Source of the DNA: Owenia fusiformis | Lineage: Eukaryota | Reading direction: 5' to 3' | DNA length: 64,000 nucleotides | Assembly: GCA_903813345.2 (NCBI GenBank) | Contig: CAIIXF020000001.1 | Location: 43,090,001 to 43,154,000 of the forward strand | Part shown: positions 42,101-57,100 of the stretch, piece after piece | Layout of the letters: each line of letters starts with the position of its first letter | How positions within the stretch are numbered: position 1 is the first letter of the stretch | Notes under the pieces: model-generated | What the model was told of the DNA's origin: nothing | What the model saw: only the letters and a program-made list of their open reading frames with translations | The model's database searches: none | Program-made: the position numbers and the translations under genes

Positions 42101-45100
42101 ATGCTGATGTAATTACAATAACTTGACTATATTCCAGAAAATATGTCCAGTAAAGTAAAATATTATCTGTTAACACAAAAAAATATTTAACTTTTTGTGA
42201 TTTTATAATATGGGGTCTTTGGGGAATCTACTCTATCTAGAAGTCAAACCACATTTCTAGATGTAATTTTACATGAAGACTTAAAATATGATATCATTTG
42301 ACTAAACTTTGAATATACAATATAAATCAAGATTATTTCTACATCTTGCATCAAGTCGATATTTTGGCAGTCATGTCAGATTTTTATCATTTCAATATAA
42401 AGATGTCACTGTAAATAGACATCAAGTCTGTGACAGTTGGGGTTTATCCAGGGCCGGGGTATGCTTTATAAGGTGATTGTGACCAAAGAGGTTTTGGCAT
42501 TCCATCTATCTATCTGAGGGTGCCCTTTATTACTATATTATTATAGTCACTGCCACTGATCACTGATGTTAATATCATCTCATTATTAAAGAGATTAAAA
42601 ATCAAAAAGTCTATTTCTAGAACTAGGTCCGTTTGACTTCTATTACCAAAATATATTAGATAGGTGAATGAAAGTATTTTCTTCAATATAAATCACATCA
42701 CTATTTATCTCATAAAATGCATATTGATCTCATAGTCAAATTAAATAAAATCCCCCAATATAAATCAATCATAGTGTTGTTTGATGATATAAATATTTTT
42801 TTAATGCAACCTAGCTACAGAATTGTTCAGGAAGTTGTAAAAAATATATATCTTGTATTGACACTCTGATGTCATAAAATGACATAAGCGTGTACCTAAA
42901 CTACTGAATTTATAGTTCAATAAGTACATTTACAAGGAAAACACTTTTTACCTTCGTTATATCAACCGCTACAAGTGTAATAACCAGCGCTTTAGAAGTG
43001 TCAAGGCAATTCTTTTTATTTCTATTGAGTTATATCATATGCACATAATAAGCAGATTTAGTCTAATTAGATATATAACTAAAATCCTTTATCAGAGAGC
43101 ACTCATATCTCCTAATACCCATCCTTGTTCCAAGGGTATTTTACTTTTTCTGATCTGGATTCTGATCCTGAAGGATGCACAATAGTCAGATTCTTATATT
43201 GGAATGACACGTGTTCATTTTAACAAAGGACGTACAGGGATTGAGACTATTCACATCATGATATAAGCCTGTTTAGATTTAGGAGATGCTGGGTAAATTA
43301 TGGACAGAAGTTTTATCATATTTACAGTAAAGTTGACATTTTATTCACTTTGTTACCTGCTCTTAATTTGCTTATATATATAATCGTATATTCCCTGTGG
43401 TCAGGAGAAAAGGATGACTACAAAATTGATGACATTATAGAAAAAGAATGACACCAGTTGAAAAAGTATGACACTAGTAATAAAAAGATGACACTGATGA
43501 ATTAGCAAAAAAGGATGAAACTGTCGTAAAAGTGCATGACATCATGACATATTCATCATGTAAATTTCACATCAAGTTTGGTTATTTTTTCTGTGAAAGT
43601 GTAATGCTTATTGTATGCTTAACAAATTATCTGAAAACTTGATATTGTTAAGTGAACACAAAATAAAATTGAGATGAATATCTATTTAATAAAATATTAC
43701 ACCTTCTAATGCTGTAATAACTTGATCTTCAATAGTTGGTACCATCTTTCGAATTTCATGACACATATACACCACATTTAATTGCTCTTCTCTGTAGACC
43801 ATGTTTTAGTTATTTTCTTCCTCAAAATATGTTTATTGAACTCTAATTTGAGTGTGAATTGAATTGGAGTGATCACCTTTCATCTTTCGACTTCTGATGT
43901 TACCATATTGCAACCAGTTCTCCCCCCCTGGTTTATTTTAGTAAATCATACCAAACAGAACTAAGTGCCATGAAGAATTTACCCTTTGCATTCGTTTGAC
44001 TACACTTCTTAAAAGAGAGCTTCGTCTTGTAGTTTAACTAGACTCTGCACGCAGGGTATGAAGAATTATAGGATGAGGCCTATAGGATACAAGCATTATT
44101 AGACAACCATCCATTCAACATATCGAAGTTTCACTGAAATTACTCCATGATTCTATCTTAAAAAAAATCATTATCTAACAAACAAGAAATCAATCAAACA
44201 AACAAACGAACAAATAAACAAACTTGTAATATGTAATTTTTAATAGCCTAAAATCTTAATAATTTCTCTTTATATTACAGATCTACCCAAAAGACTTGGA
44301 ATGCATCTCATCTATGGTGACTTTTGAGCACCTCTACCTTATGTGCCAAAATATCAGTGTACCGTCTCCTACAGGGCTTAGGTATGATATTGTATAATTA
44401 GGAAAATCAGGTTTACGTTTATGTACATTACATTACACTATGAGCACATTACTAGTATTTTTATCTAAAAGATAGAAGTTTTTGTTAATGGTCTGTGGCA
44501 TTTTTGGATGTACTCGTATATTAAAAAAGATTTATAATTTTTCTTTGTTTTCTATTTGTTACAATGAGTGTAGATTCATTCATTCTTATCAAATGCATAT
44601 TCATTTGAAAGTTTGATTTCTTAAATCAATTTAATTTGCTTATATATGTTTTAATGAATATGAAAGGCTGTTTTTTGTTTGTTTTTTTTTCAAATATAGT
44701 TTATTCCAATTTAGGTTTTTACGATACAGAAATACAATGATACAATTAATTACAATAATGTATAATGAGTTATGTTTTAATCATTTTCCATTTGTTTTTA
44801 AAAAATACATTTTTACGAGTACAGATTTCAAAATTTAAAGTTTTAATAGTGCCTTCAAAATTACGCTTAATACCATTATTCAGTTCTTGAATATATGTTT
44901 TATATATAACAAATGACACAATACTTATAAAATAGTTTAAAAATTCAGTATGTTTGTCATTTCCATTGTAACCAATTATCAATTTTCTGTAAGTTACTCT
45001 TAACCCTGAGATATTATAAATATGTTTCCAAATGTTTTGAGAATATGAGCATGAAAATAACAAATGTTTCAAGGTACATAATTCATTACATAAACTACAT

Positions 45101-48100
45101 TTGTAGGTTTCACTTTTACCAAATATATATAAATCACTAAGGCTAGGAAGAATATTGTTGATTATTTTAAAGTTGAAATTACCTATTTTCTTTTCTTTAC
45201 AACTTATTTTTGTAGAGAAAAAGTTTTGCCAATTTATTTCATCATTGGCTTCATAGCAAAACTCTTGTTCCCATTTCCTTTTCATAAACCATTTTTCCGA
45301 TCGTTTGTTTTTTAATATCTCATAAAAGAATTTGGATTTCTGATTATTCACAGTGATAATCACATTATTTATATTAAATTTAAAAGTATTATGAATATTT
45401 GTATACTTGACAGATTCTAAATTGAATCTTTCTTTCAGTGTGCCCGTGGCTGATAAAACTCTGTAATATTCAGATATCCAATTTTGTTTATTTACAAGTT
45501 TTTGATATAACATATTAACATCAAGGAACCTGTTCTGAATTATCAAGTCTTTTATGTATATAATTCCACTTTTGATCCATGATTCAAAGAAAATTGGTTT
45601 ATTTTTGACGGTGAATAATTTGTTTCCCCATATAACCTCTTGCAAGAGTTCATGTTGCTTCATATCTCTTATATTTTTGATGTATTTACATAAACAATGT
45701 GCTTCTAGCACTTGTTGATAAAAAAGTGGAATATTTTCAAATTCTTTGAATCTAGTATCATTTATCTTGAGTAATACATCTATATTTGGAAGAAATTTAT
45801 TGAAATAGAAGTAAGGGATTTTATTGTACATGTTTTGATTATGCAAACGGGGGATCCATGCTGCTTTAAGTGCATGTATTTGAGACTCTAAGTCAATCAT
45901 ATTTATTCCACCCTTATTAATATTATTTATGATTATAGATCTTCTTATTTTGTCCTTTTTTCCATCCCATAGAAATTTAAATACAAGATTGTTTACTTTT
46001 TTTATAATCTCATGTGGCACAGATAATACTGATGCTGCATAAATTAATTTTGGAATTGCCAGTGATTTAATCACTGTAACTTTGCCAAAAAGTGTTAAGT
46101 ATCGGTTCTTCCAGCTGTCTAATATTTTTTCTACCTTTTTTACTCTATCTTCCCAGTTTAATTCATAACATCTTTGTTTGTTGTGTCCTAAAAAGATTCC
46201 TAAATATTTGATTGGTTCATCAGTAAAAGTTATATTTTCACATTTCTTTTCAAAGTCCTTATTTTTTCCAAGCCAAATGCCTTCAGTTTTTTCTATGTTT
46301 AACTTCAGACCAGAAAATTTTGAGAAATTGGAAATAGTATTAAGAGCATTTTTCAATGACTCTTTATCTTTAATGAAAAGTGAAGTATCGTCCGCATATT
46401 GGGACATCTTATATTCTTTACCATCAACAGTTATACCTGATATATCATTATTTTGTTGAATTGCTAAGTTCATAACTTCGCAACATAAAATAAATGCCAT
46501 TGCGGAAACGGGGCAGCCCTGCCGACATGAGCGTTCAACATCAATATTTTTTGATAACCATCCATTTTGCTTAATGTTTAAGAAAGGTTTTTCGTATAAA
46601 AGTTTGAGCCATTTGATAATCTTATCACTGAATTTAAATTTTTTCAACGTTTCATACATAAAATTCCACTCTATACTATCAAACGCTTTTTGGAAGTCAA
46701 GAAAGATTATAGCGCCACCTATCTGATTTTGATTTTCAAAATATTCAAATACGTCTAATACCAGTCGGCTACTATTTCCTATAAAATGACCATTAATATA
46801 AGCCGTTTGTTGCATACCAATTAATTTACCTATAACCTTTTGAAGTCTTTTTGCCAAGATAAAAGCTAAAATCTTATAATCTGTATTAGATAATGATATT
46901 GGACGATGATTTTTTAATAGTTCACGGTCTCCTTTTTTGAATAACAAAGATATGATAATTTTACGAAATGATGTTGGTAAGATTCCAATTTCATATGACT
47001 CATTAATTGCTTCTATAACATAAATATGTATATCTTTCCAAAAGCATTTATAGAAGTCAGTGGTTAAACCATCTGATCCTGGGGAAATATCTTTTTTCAT
47101 ACTGGAAATAACAGGTAAACACTCACTATTATTGATAACACCTTCAAGGATGTCATTATCTTGTTTATCTAATGTATTAGGAAAGTTAATAGAATTTAAA
47201 TAATTTTTTATTACTTTATTGGTTGGTTGGGATTTTGATCTATATAATTCGCTATAGAATTTAATTTCTTCTTTCAAAATATCCTCATCTAATCTAAGTA
47301 TACCATTTTCTGATTTCAATGATGTAATTGTATTATTTGCCTGACGTGCTTTTTCTAAGTTCAGAAAATATTTTGAGTTTTTATCTCCAAATTCTATTTC
47401 TTGCTCTTTTGACCTTAAGATGGCACCCTTTGTTTTGCTTTCAAGGTCTTTTTCAAAAATAGATAAAATTTCAAGCTCTCTAGCTTTTGTAGTGTCAGAA
47501 GTATGATCACTACTCTGTATTAAATCAAGCTCTTTATTTAGAACATGTAATTTTTTCTTTGAAATTGAACATTTTTTGATTGAGAATTGAATTGCAAATT
47601 CTTTAATTTTGACTTTCAAAAATTCCCATTTTAATTGTTTTGAGTTAATCTGGTTTAATTCATGTTCATTTATATTTCTAATCAACCCTTTTACTTCGTG
47701 TACAAAAGTGCTATCAAGTAAAAGAGAATTATTGAATTTCCAATAACCAGGACCACGCATATTTTTACTTGTATCTAACTTCATCATGAGACATTTATGA
47801 TCTGACATTGGATAGTGATGCTTAGTTCTTGATATAACTTTGAATTGAGCATCTTTATTATATAATATGTAATCAATTCTTGATTTAGCATTTTTTCCTT
47901 TTGATATACATGTATAGCCAAAATGCTTAAATTCATCATTGACATTGAGATATCTTATCAGGTTTTCTAATTTTAATCTGCTATTGTCAGTTTCTATTGT
48001 CTTTGGAAATTTGTCATCTTTGGTAAGATAACAATTTAAATCACCTGCTACTATAATGTTGTTGTTAAATGTTGCAAATTGTATGATCTTTTTAGACATT

Positions 48101-51100
48101 TGTGTAAAAAATTCTGCCCTACCAGTATTTGAATTTGGTGCATACATATTAACAAATGTAAATAAATTATCATTAATTTTCACATTGATAAGTAACGACC
48201 GTGCATCAGCACTTTTGAATATGAAAGGCTGTTAAGTCTTGAATCTGTCTTGAATTTATAGAAATGGAGGCTCTTCATCATCGCACCTTTCACATGATTC
48301 ATTGGGACGCAACATGCCAACTGAACCCAGTATTAGTCAAGTACCATTCGCATTTGATCTCATTGGAATTTTACCAAAGTGCCAACAAGTGGAGGTGTTA
48401 CTCTCAACATTAATACCAGGTAATCAAGTATAATCAATGTGCTAAATAAAGATAGATATGTTTATTAGAAATGTCATGTTTCAGAATTATGTCATATTTT
48501 AGAATAAGGAAATTAGGAATCTCTAGAGATGAGTTTATATATACTTAGTGCACAACGATTATAAGTTACTTTGATTTACAGTAGCAGACCAGAAAGATGA
48601 AATATCCCAACTTCCACCACCTAACAATATTTTGTTTGCATTAATGGTAGAAGCCCTATCTGAAATACATGATAGGTAAGTTTAAATAAAGAATAGTGAA
48701 CCATACTATCGCATGTACCGTAATAGTGTTACATTCTATTAGAAAAAATGTCACCATCTTTTATTGACTCTTTAGATGTCATGACCTGACATATTAGTCA
48801 TTACAAAATAAATACATTGTACTACACTACACTACACTACACGAAGTTGTTATTTACATCTTTTAGAGAAATTCACCTCTCTGAACCAGAGCACCAACAA
48901 TTTCTGCAGTTGCTCGGCAACAGACAGAGAGATTTGGATGAATATCCTCTTCCATTCCCAATGCCGTCTGCTGTTGATGTAGTTCCTGAAGTTGACACTA
49001 GGCGGCAGTTGAGTAGTGACTCTTTACAGAGCCAGAGTACTATGATCACAATGTTATCACAATCCCAGAGCTCAAAATCATTCGAAAAACAGGATACACC
49101 ACAAGGAAATTATGGAGCTGGAGTCAACCCAGGCATTAGTGAAGCTCAAGAGAAAGAGACAAGTGTTAGTTGGAGATGCTTTGTGAAATCAATATCACCT
49201 CAACAAGTGATTTTGATGTTCATACCAGCCAGTTATGATGACCTGCTGTGTTTAATGGAGTCAAAAGAACAATCAAATGAAGATGTTATTGTCTTAGGGA
49301 AAGATCAAACCTCGCAACGGACAGGAAGTGATTCATCAACAAGGGAGACATCTATTAGCAAAGATAATCTGACAAATGAACATATTGAGAATGTCACGAG
49401 TGATGAAGCAGGGCTCAGAGACATAGAAGCTGTATTAAGTCAGGGAGAATCAATCATAAAAAATGAACATGAAAAGCCGGTTATAGAAAAACTTGACTTG
49501 GAAAAGAAAGCAGAGTGTAAGGCTAGTGTGACATTACCCGTATATTTTTACAACTGTTCGCTGAACAATATAACTGAACATTTAGTGAACAGGTGGAGTT
49601 ATGAACCACCTGATGATATTTTTCAAGATCTCCGTTTTGAAAATGAAACATTGAACAATATGACAGACAATAGATCCAGTGAGGAACAACAAAGTTCTAC
49701 CAGTAGTAAGTCTGAGACACCAAGAACTGAAGAATTACCAAATAAAAAGCCTGAGACACCAAGGCGGCTCTACCAAAGACAAGAATCATTCAGGTCACAC
49801 CTGAGAAAAGCCAGTGAATTGGACAGCAGTGATTATGATTTGAGTGGTACATTTAAAGCAAGATCCTTTGCCAGAGACAGGACAACATCAGAGCAAGTTT
49901 TCGGGGACAACATAGAACTACAACAACATTGTATGATGGTATCAGAATCCTACTATAAAAGTTTTGTAACAGGTATGTATACCTTTGGTATGTTATTAGA
50001 AATGTCAAAATGATTCACACCTGACATGCATTTCACAGGCCTGTCAACTGTCCCGTAATTTGCATATTTGTCACGCATTTGCTGAAGAATTTGAAGTCAC
50101 GCCAGTTATTTTTGCGTGACAGAAAATGTCACGCAAATACGCATTTTACCTGGTAATTGTCAAGCAAAAATATTTCTGTAGAAAAATTTCCAAAAAAGTT
50201 CGTCTACACAGCAAAAATATGAACGCCGAAAAAAAACGTACGCATTTTGTTCGGAATTTTCACGCGAATTACGTATATGTTACGCATTCCGTTCGAAATA
50301 TTTCGTAAAATTTGGATCAAGGTGTTCAGATTTGGACCAAGGTGTCCACATTTTGAGGGGAGGTGTTCAACATTTCCAAGTCACTCATGTTAGGTGTTCC
50401 CAAGTTGACAGGCCTGATTTCAATTCACAAGAGGGCATTTACAGTTGAAATGTATGAATTTCTGTTGAAAAGATGATTGAACTGATATTAAAAAATTCTC
50501 AAGGTGTTTTTGATATACAGTGAAATGAAACATGATTCTTACATAAGAACCATATTCAGACAGTTTTCACCTTTCCAAAAGTTTAACTGACTGTGGACAT
50601 ACAGTGTAATAGTATAATAACCTTTTAGGAGATTGTCTTACATACAATATTGGGAGTGCTATAATTGAATGGTATATGTGAGGAGAATCTTTGTTCATTA
50701 CTGTTCACCAATTAATCAGGGGGGGGAGATTTCCCAAAGATGACCTTTAGTATTGCCATGTTTGGATAACGAATTTTTGAAATGGATCTCACAATGTGTA
50801 TTTATAAGTATACTCTCCAAGTTTGGATCGAGCAACTTCAAAAGTATTAATGTAGTTTTGAAATGATGTAAAACTAAAATAAACACCATTACTTTGCGCA
50901 TGCGCATGCTGAGACCACGTGCTCATAATTGTTCACGTGATCAAATCCTGCAATTTGATTGGACATCACATACTGGGGAATCCCCGAATACGATAGAATA
51001 TGAAAGAATTATGGGAGCTTCTCACTTCTTCTGCCAATTAATGTCCAAACCTCCTCTTTTTGTGTTCAAGGGGTCTTTAAAAGTCTACAGTTGGGTCAGA

Positions 51101-54100
51101 AGGTTGACATACATGATGTAGAGAGTGCAATTAATGGCATATGTGAGGAGAAGCTGCCAGTTGAGCTAGACATTTCTCCATTCTTACAGACAGTCTGTAG
51201 TCATCTCCAGGGAGTCATAGAGAAGGTACCAAAATAGATCACATGTCTCAGTTTTATATTGGGAGATTGCATTTATGACAGATTTGAATGGTATCAGTGT
51301 ATCACTTATTAATTGCATTTGGTTACTTCAGGAACTTATTTTTGAAACATCTACTGCATACCCAGACCTACATGGGGTAAATAATTTGATGGCCATTTTG
51401 GTATGTTGGGTAAATAATTTGATGGCCATTTTGAATTTTTTGATAAAAAGTGTTATATTTATTATTATGTGCCTTGTTTCTTTACACATAGATTAATATG
51501 GAGGAGCGATGCCAGGATGATATAGATATGATAATAATTAGGTTGCGATCTTATAACAGCACAATACGATCTAAACTAGAGAACAAGTCTGATGTATCCA
51601 TGCTACCTGTGACTGAGTAAGTAGTTTAAAACTTAAGACATATGAAACAAGCAATACTATTGAGATAAAAAAAAGAACACAAAATATATGAAAAGTTACA
51701 TGACTCAAGATCTCTTCGTAGAAAGTGGAGTGGTATGGTATTGAAATAAACAGAAATATCAATTCAAAGTATAAGAACATATTGAAATAAGTCTCATGAA
51801 TAAATGTCTTATGTCATTGACACAGTTGTGCTGATACATGTGCAATAATGATAGAAAACACAAATTGCAATGTACATAATGTTTACTAAATTAGACCTTA
51901 TTAGATCCAAAAAAGCAAAAGAATATAAGTGCATGACTTTATATAACACTTTGTGGAATTCTGTTTTTTTTTCATTTAAATAGCAATGAGCATTCACAGA
52001 AAAAAGCCGGTTTCTCTGACCTGATGTCACCAGAGCCTACCCCCAGGCTGAAGAAGTCCATTCCCCTCCCCCTGTCTTTACTCCAGAACCCTGAGACCTG
52101 TGAGAGGGTGAAAGGACTACATAACCTGATACGTATCAAATTTGAAGCCATCATGGAGAACTGGTTCAAACCAGTTCCAACCAACCCTGACTTCTTTTTC
52201 TTTCACCGTAATGACTATGAAGATGAAGAAATGGTACATGTTCTCGTATAACATTCTTTAACTTACTTAAAGTATCTTTGTACATATAGTTAAGTTTGAA
52301 TTAAGAAACAAAGCTTAAAATCTCTAATAAGGAAATGTACAAAAATAATATTTGATTTTTTGTCTCAGTCTCAAATCATTTTTGGCCTTTCTCGTTGTAT
52401 CTCAATTGTATTTTGAGAACACACATCCATTCTGTGAGAGAATTGATACCTGGACAATACTTGGAATATTTATATAACAAAAAAACATTTGCTTTATTCT
52501 GCAGTGGCAACTTAACCAGGAGGAAGAACAGAATGAAAATACATTGAGTAAAGCTCCAGAAGCTCAGGGTATGTCTTTCTATACTGAATTTGTGTGACCA
52601 GATCTGCTAGTTATACCTGAATAAAACTCGGACTGGCAATGGCATATAAATACTTAAATATATGTGTCCAAATTATGTTGTACAGGACATTCACTGTTAA
52701 AGAACTTTATTTCCAATATTCCATGATTCAAAAGAATTCTTTGCTTTACAGGAATAAACTTTGAAGCAGTGAGTAGATTTAATTCTTAAAAAGTATCATA
52801 TTCAAATAATCATTTTTGTATTTTCTCCAGATGCCACCGCAGCAGAAGACAGTGATACAGTCTTCACATCAGACTTTGAGTGTGCTACTCCAAGTGAGCA
52901 TGGCACAAACTTTGACTCTGTTAAACCAAATGAATATGATGCAGAGACGATCAGTAATGCTTTAAAAGATGACCTTGAGTCCCTGATCTCCATGAATGAG
53001 GATTTGCCTCCACTGTTCCTCCACTTGATGTGCTCCGTAAAGACCAAGGGAGATGTATACAGCGTCAGTGTGAGGCATCTGCCTACATGTCTAGGTGAAT
53101 ACACAACTTTTTGGACTATTACTGGTGAATCTATATGTGTACCATTTCAAATTATAATCGCTCAAAGTTTTTGGAAAATTATTTAGTATTATAACATGAA
53201 TTGTCGATCAAACCTCTTTGAAAATTGAAATATGCTGGTTAATTTTGTACAGTTATGTACAGTAGAATTATTTACACTCATTCTAGGGGAGTTGAGAGAG
53301 TGTCTTGTAGACAGAATGGAGGGCTCTGACCTTGACTTGAATGACCTACAAGTGACCTTGGACATGATCTTCCTGACCTTGCCTGAGGACACAGAGATGC
53401 ACTTGGATAGTGCTAGGGAGGAGTACAACAGGGAGGTGTCATATGAGAGTGCCTATACAGATAATGTGAAAGTAGAACAAGAGGAAACGAAGAGCACCAT
53501 GGCCTCTACAGATGTGGGGTAAGTGGATGGGAATTTTGTGCCAATTATGATTTTTGATAGATATTTCAAATAACTTTCTATCGATATGAGATAGCTTTCG
53601 TCATGGGACCTGGTGTGAAGATTTCAAGATTTAATCATTCCGAACATGACTCATCAGATTCCATGTACTAGTTACGCTTTCTTATGAAACATTTGTATTT
53701 ATTTTATGTTATGAATTGAGTGAAATAAATTATTGAACCTGATATTTTTTGAAGATTTCAACCTCAGTCCAATGATCCACTGTCCAATCTACCTGGACCT
53801 CAGAATGAGGCTATCAAACTATGTCGGGATAAAATCAACTGGTTATTGAGAGACGAGATTGCCTCTGCTATGCGTCAGGTGATTCCTCTTACTGAGAACA
53901 CCCTTGCTATGGTGGCTAAGCATGTTGAGGACTCCAAAGGAAGACCTGCATGTATCCATGAGTCTGTACCACTGCAGTTTGTCTATGGGCCAGAGCAGAG
54001 TCTCACCAACTTTGTAGAGGTAGGCATGGTGTGGCTGTGCTATTGTAAATTTTTGATACTTAGAAAAAAGTATCTGATTTTTTTTTACTGATTGAAGGTT

Positions 54101-57100
54101 CTACTGTGTTGTGCACTGGTACAATACGTTCATTTGTTCCATATAAATGGATACTTGTAGGTATTTGTAACTTGAAATTCCATTCCATTTTAGGTGGTGA
54201 CATATTGTAAAAGTCACCATTTTGTTTTAACAGCGGTTGGCATGGGAGTGTCAAACTGATTGATACAGTTATTCAACAATTAACAATAAGTTGTGAAATT
54301 TTGTCATGTTAATGCTTTGGTATTTATTTATTGACCACCCCTCATACTTGCAGCAATTTGAGCGTATGGACTTACCAGGGTTCCACCTGAACAAAGAGGG
54401 TGAATACTACTACCTTGTACTGGACAGACTACGCAGGGAGACTACCACTGAACCTATTATCACAGCTGAGGCACTTAGCACTGCGTTAAATCAACTCAAT
54501 GGTGGAGATACACAGAAAACACCAGAAGATGTTTCTAAGAGTGGCTCATTTGTGCTATTAAAGGATGACTCTGGAAGGTAAGTTCACAGGGCTCTAGCTA
54601 AGAATCTGGTTAATATAGAGGCAGGTGCCTTGTTATTGGTTGTAAAAATTCCACCTGGGTCAAGAAAATAGGTTTCACATTTTTTCATAAGCTAACCACT
54701 GTTATTTAATCAGATATTTCTAATTGTGATTTTGACATTAAAACATGTCCTTCCATGTTATTTCTAGAGCAAGACATGAACGATCACCAATGTCAAGTGG
54801 TGAGCGTAGCTCCAAGTGTGTGTCTGAAGACATAACAATATCTCTGACACATCCTAGTCCTGTAAAAGAGATTCCACCATTCCCTCTAGAAGAGCTGTCC
54901 AATAGGAGTCTAGAAGATATAGGAACAAAATCTAGTGGAAGTTCGATACAGGTAGGCTTCTGTTTTTATAGGTTGACACAAAAAATACCTTTATTTTTTG
55001 TTTTTTTGGTCACCTTGTACATTTTTCAAATACCTGAAGATGTGAGAAATGATCTTGTAGAATAGCCTCACATTTTCAAATAGACATATTTAAGTAAATA
55101 GGCTGAGACATTCCTGAGACAAAACATTTTAAAGTTCTTCAACTTAAGTTTGCAATTTGATATTCTTTGGTGAAAATATTTTCTCAAAAGAAACTCTTCT
55201 CATAACTTTTTAGAATCAATCTATTTACTGTTATCAATATCATGTGAATCAATTTCAAAATGTTTTAAAGGTTCTAGAGGAGGAGGCACCATGTATCCCA
55301 TCATCCACTACTACCAATGTAAATGCACCTGTACAACCACCAAAACAGCAGTCAATCATAGAGGATAAAATACCTGAGAACCAAACAGAGGGTAACAGTC
55401 AATCAGAAACAGTAAATGAAGACGGTATTATTAAAATCGATACTGAAATAACTGAGACTGAGGAAAAACCTAAAGAGCCTCATGTTGATGATTTTGAAAC
55501 TATTAAAGATATAGAGTCTGGTCAGGATGCGCTTGAAATGAAAATGGATCATTACTCCGAAGATCAAAAGGACAATGTTGAAATTAAAGAGAATGTACCA
55601 AAAGAAGAAGATGGAGGCAGTGCAGAGGCTGCACATATGAAATCTGAGAAAACTGCACCTGTTATTCCTGAGGAGGCAAAAACCAAAGTCGAAAATGATG
55701 AACATATTGATGGAGAGAAAAAGGATGAAGACATTGATGAGGTTCAACATGAAAAACCTAAAGAAGTTCCAAGTCCAATTTCTCCAGTGTTGAAATCAAA
55801 TGAAGAGATTGAGAGATCCAAGCTATCTAAACAAAAATCTTTGAGTGGAGAATCAGCTAAGGGTGTTTCATCAGGTGCTGGCACCCCAAGAGCTGTTCCA
55901 CTAATTGGACATTCCCCTCGTCTCAGTGCAGTAATGGCCCCAACAGCCCTCGTTTGTGAAGACATTGTACTAGAACCTAAGACTGGTGGCAAATCTGCAA
56001 CTTTTACAATAGGTCCTGCTCTAGGGGAATCTTCCCCTCTTAGTGACACTATATCTCCTAGGGTTGCTGTATCAGACAAAAGTCAGTTGTTACGTCGTGG
56101 CAGCGATCATGAACTTTTGCGACGCAGACACAGCAGTGGTGACAATAAGCATAGTAGATCACGACATGCCAGTGGCGACAACAAACTAAATAGATTAAAA
56201 TCAAATCAAAAGACTTCAAACCAAGATGTGACTCCAACACGGAATGTGTCTGGTGGTGAAATACAATTGCGGCATACATCTGGGTCTGGAGGTAGGACCC
56301 CCAGGCATTCCTCAGGCCCATTCTCATCCAGTAGGCACACAAGTGGGCCAGAGACTCCAATTAGAAGTCTCTCATATGCTGACTTCAGTAGTCAGGGGAG
56401 CTACACTGAAGGTTGGTATAAAGCTAGAGCATGAATTATATTTTTGTTCAAATGGGAAATTAAGAATAAAATCGGTGTATCTAGATTGCTTTGTATTTAT
56501 TGTAAATTCCTGTTGTTAGGCTAAATGGGTGATTGTTTAAGACTCAGTTTACTGTAGGAGAAATTGTTCTGAACTGTCTAAATCTCAATGTCTATTGTAG
56601 GGTATGAGGGAGATTCCAGTGATTCTGATGATGGAGTTATCTCTATGAATGAATCTCTAATAGTGCAACGCCCTCTATTACCAAACTTCTGGCTTATAAT
56701 GCAGAACAGGAAAGATAAAGTGGACATTTACTTCCATACGAGGTAAATTTCAATTTCACAAGTACTGGTTTTAAGGTACATGAAATAATTGTATAATTGG
56801 TTTCTAGGAAGGGATAAATGATAATTTCATGTTTCTTAAATAAAGATATCAACTTTTCTTATTGTCCTTTCATTTTGTGAAGTTCATTTGTGACTTTATT
56901 CAGTTGCCATAACAATCATACTCCATGTTCCAGAGACACAGGGGAAACTGAAAGTGAGAGGATTATTCAACAAAAGATGCTCTACAATCAGGTATACTTT
57001 TCAGTTATTACAGGGATAAGCATCCTCCTTAGCAGGTGTACAGAATCCGTACCTCCTTCTTCCCCCTGCTATAACCAATTTAGAAGCGCCCGATTAAACT

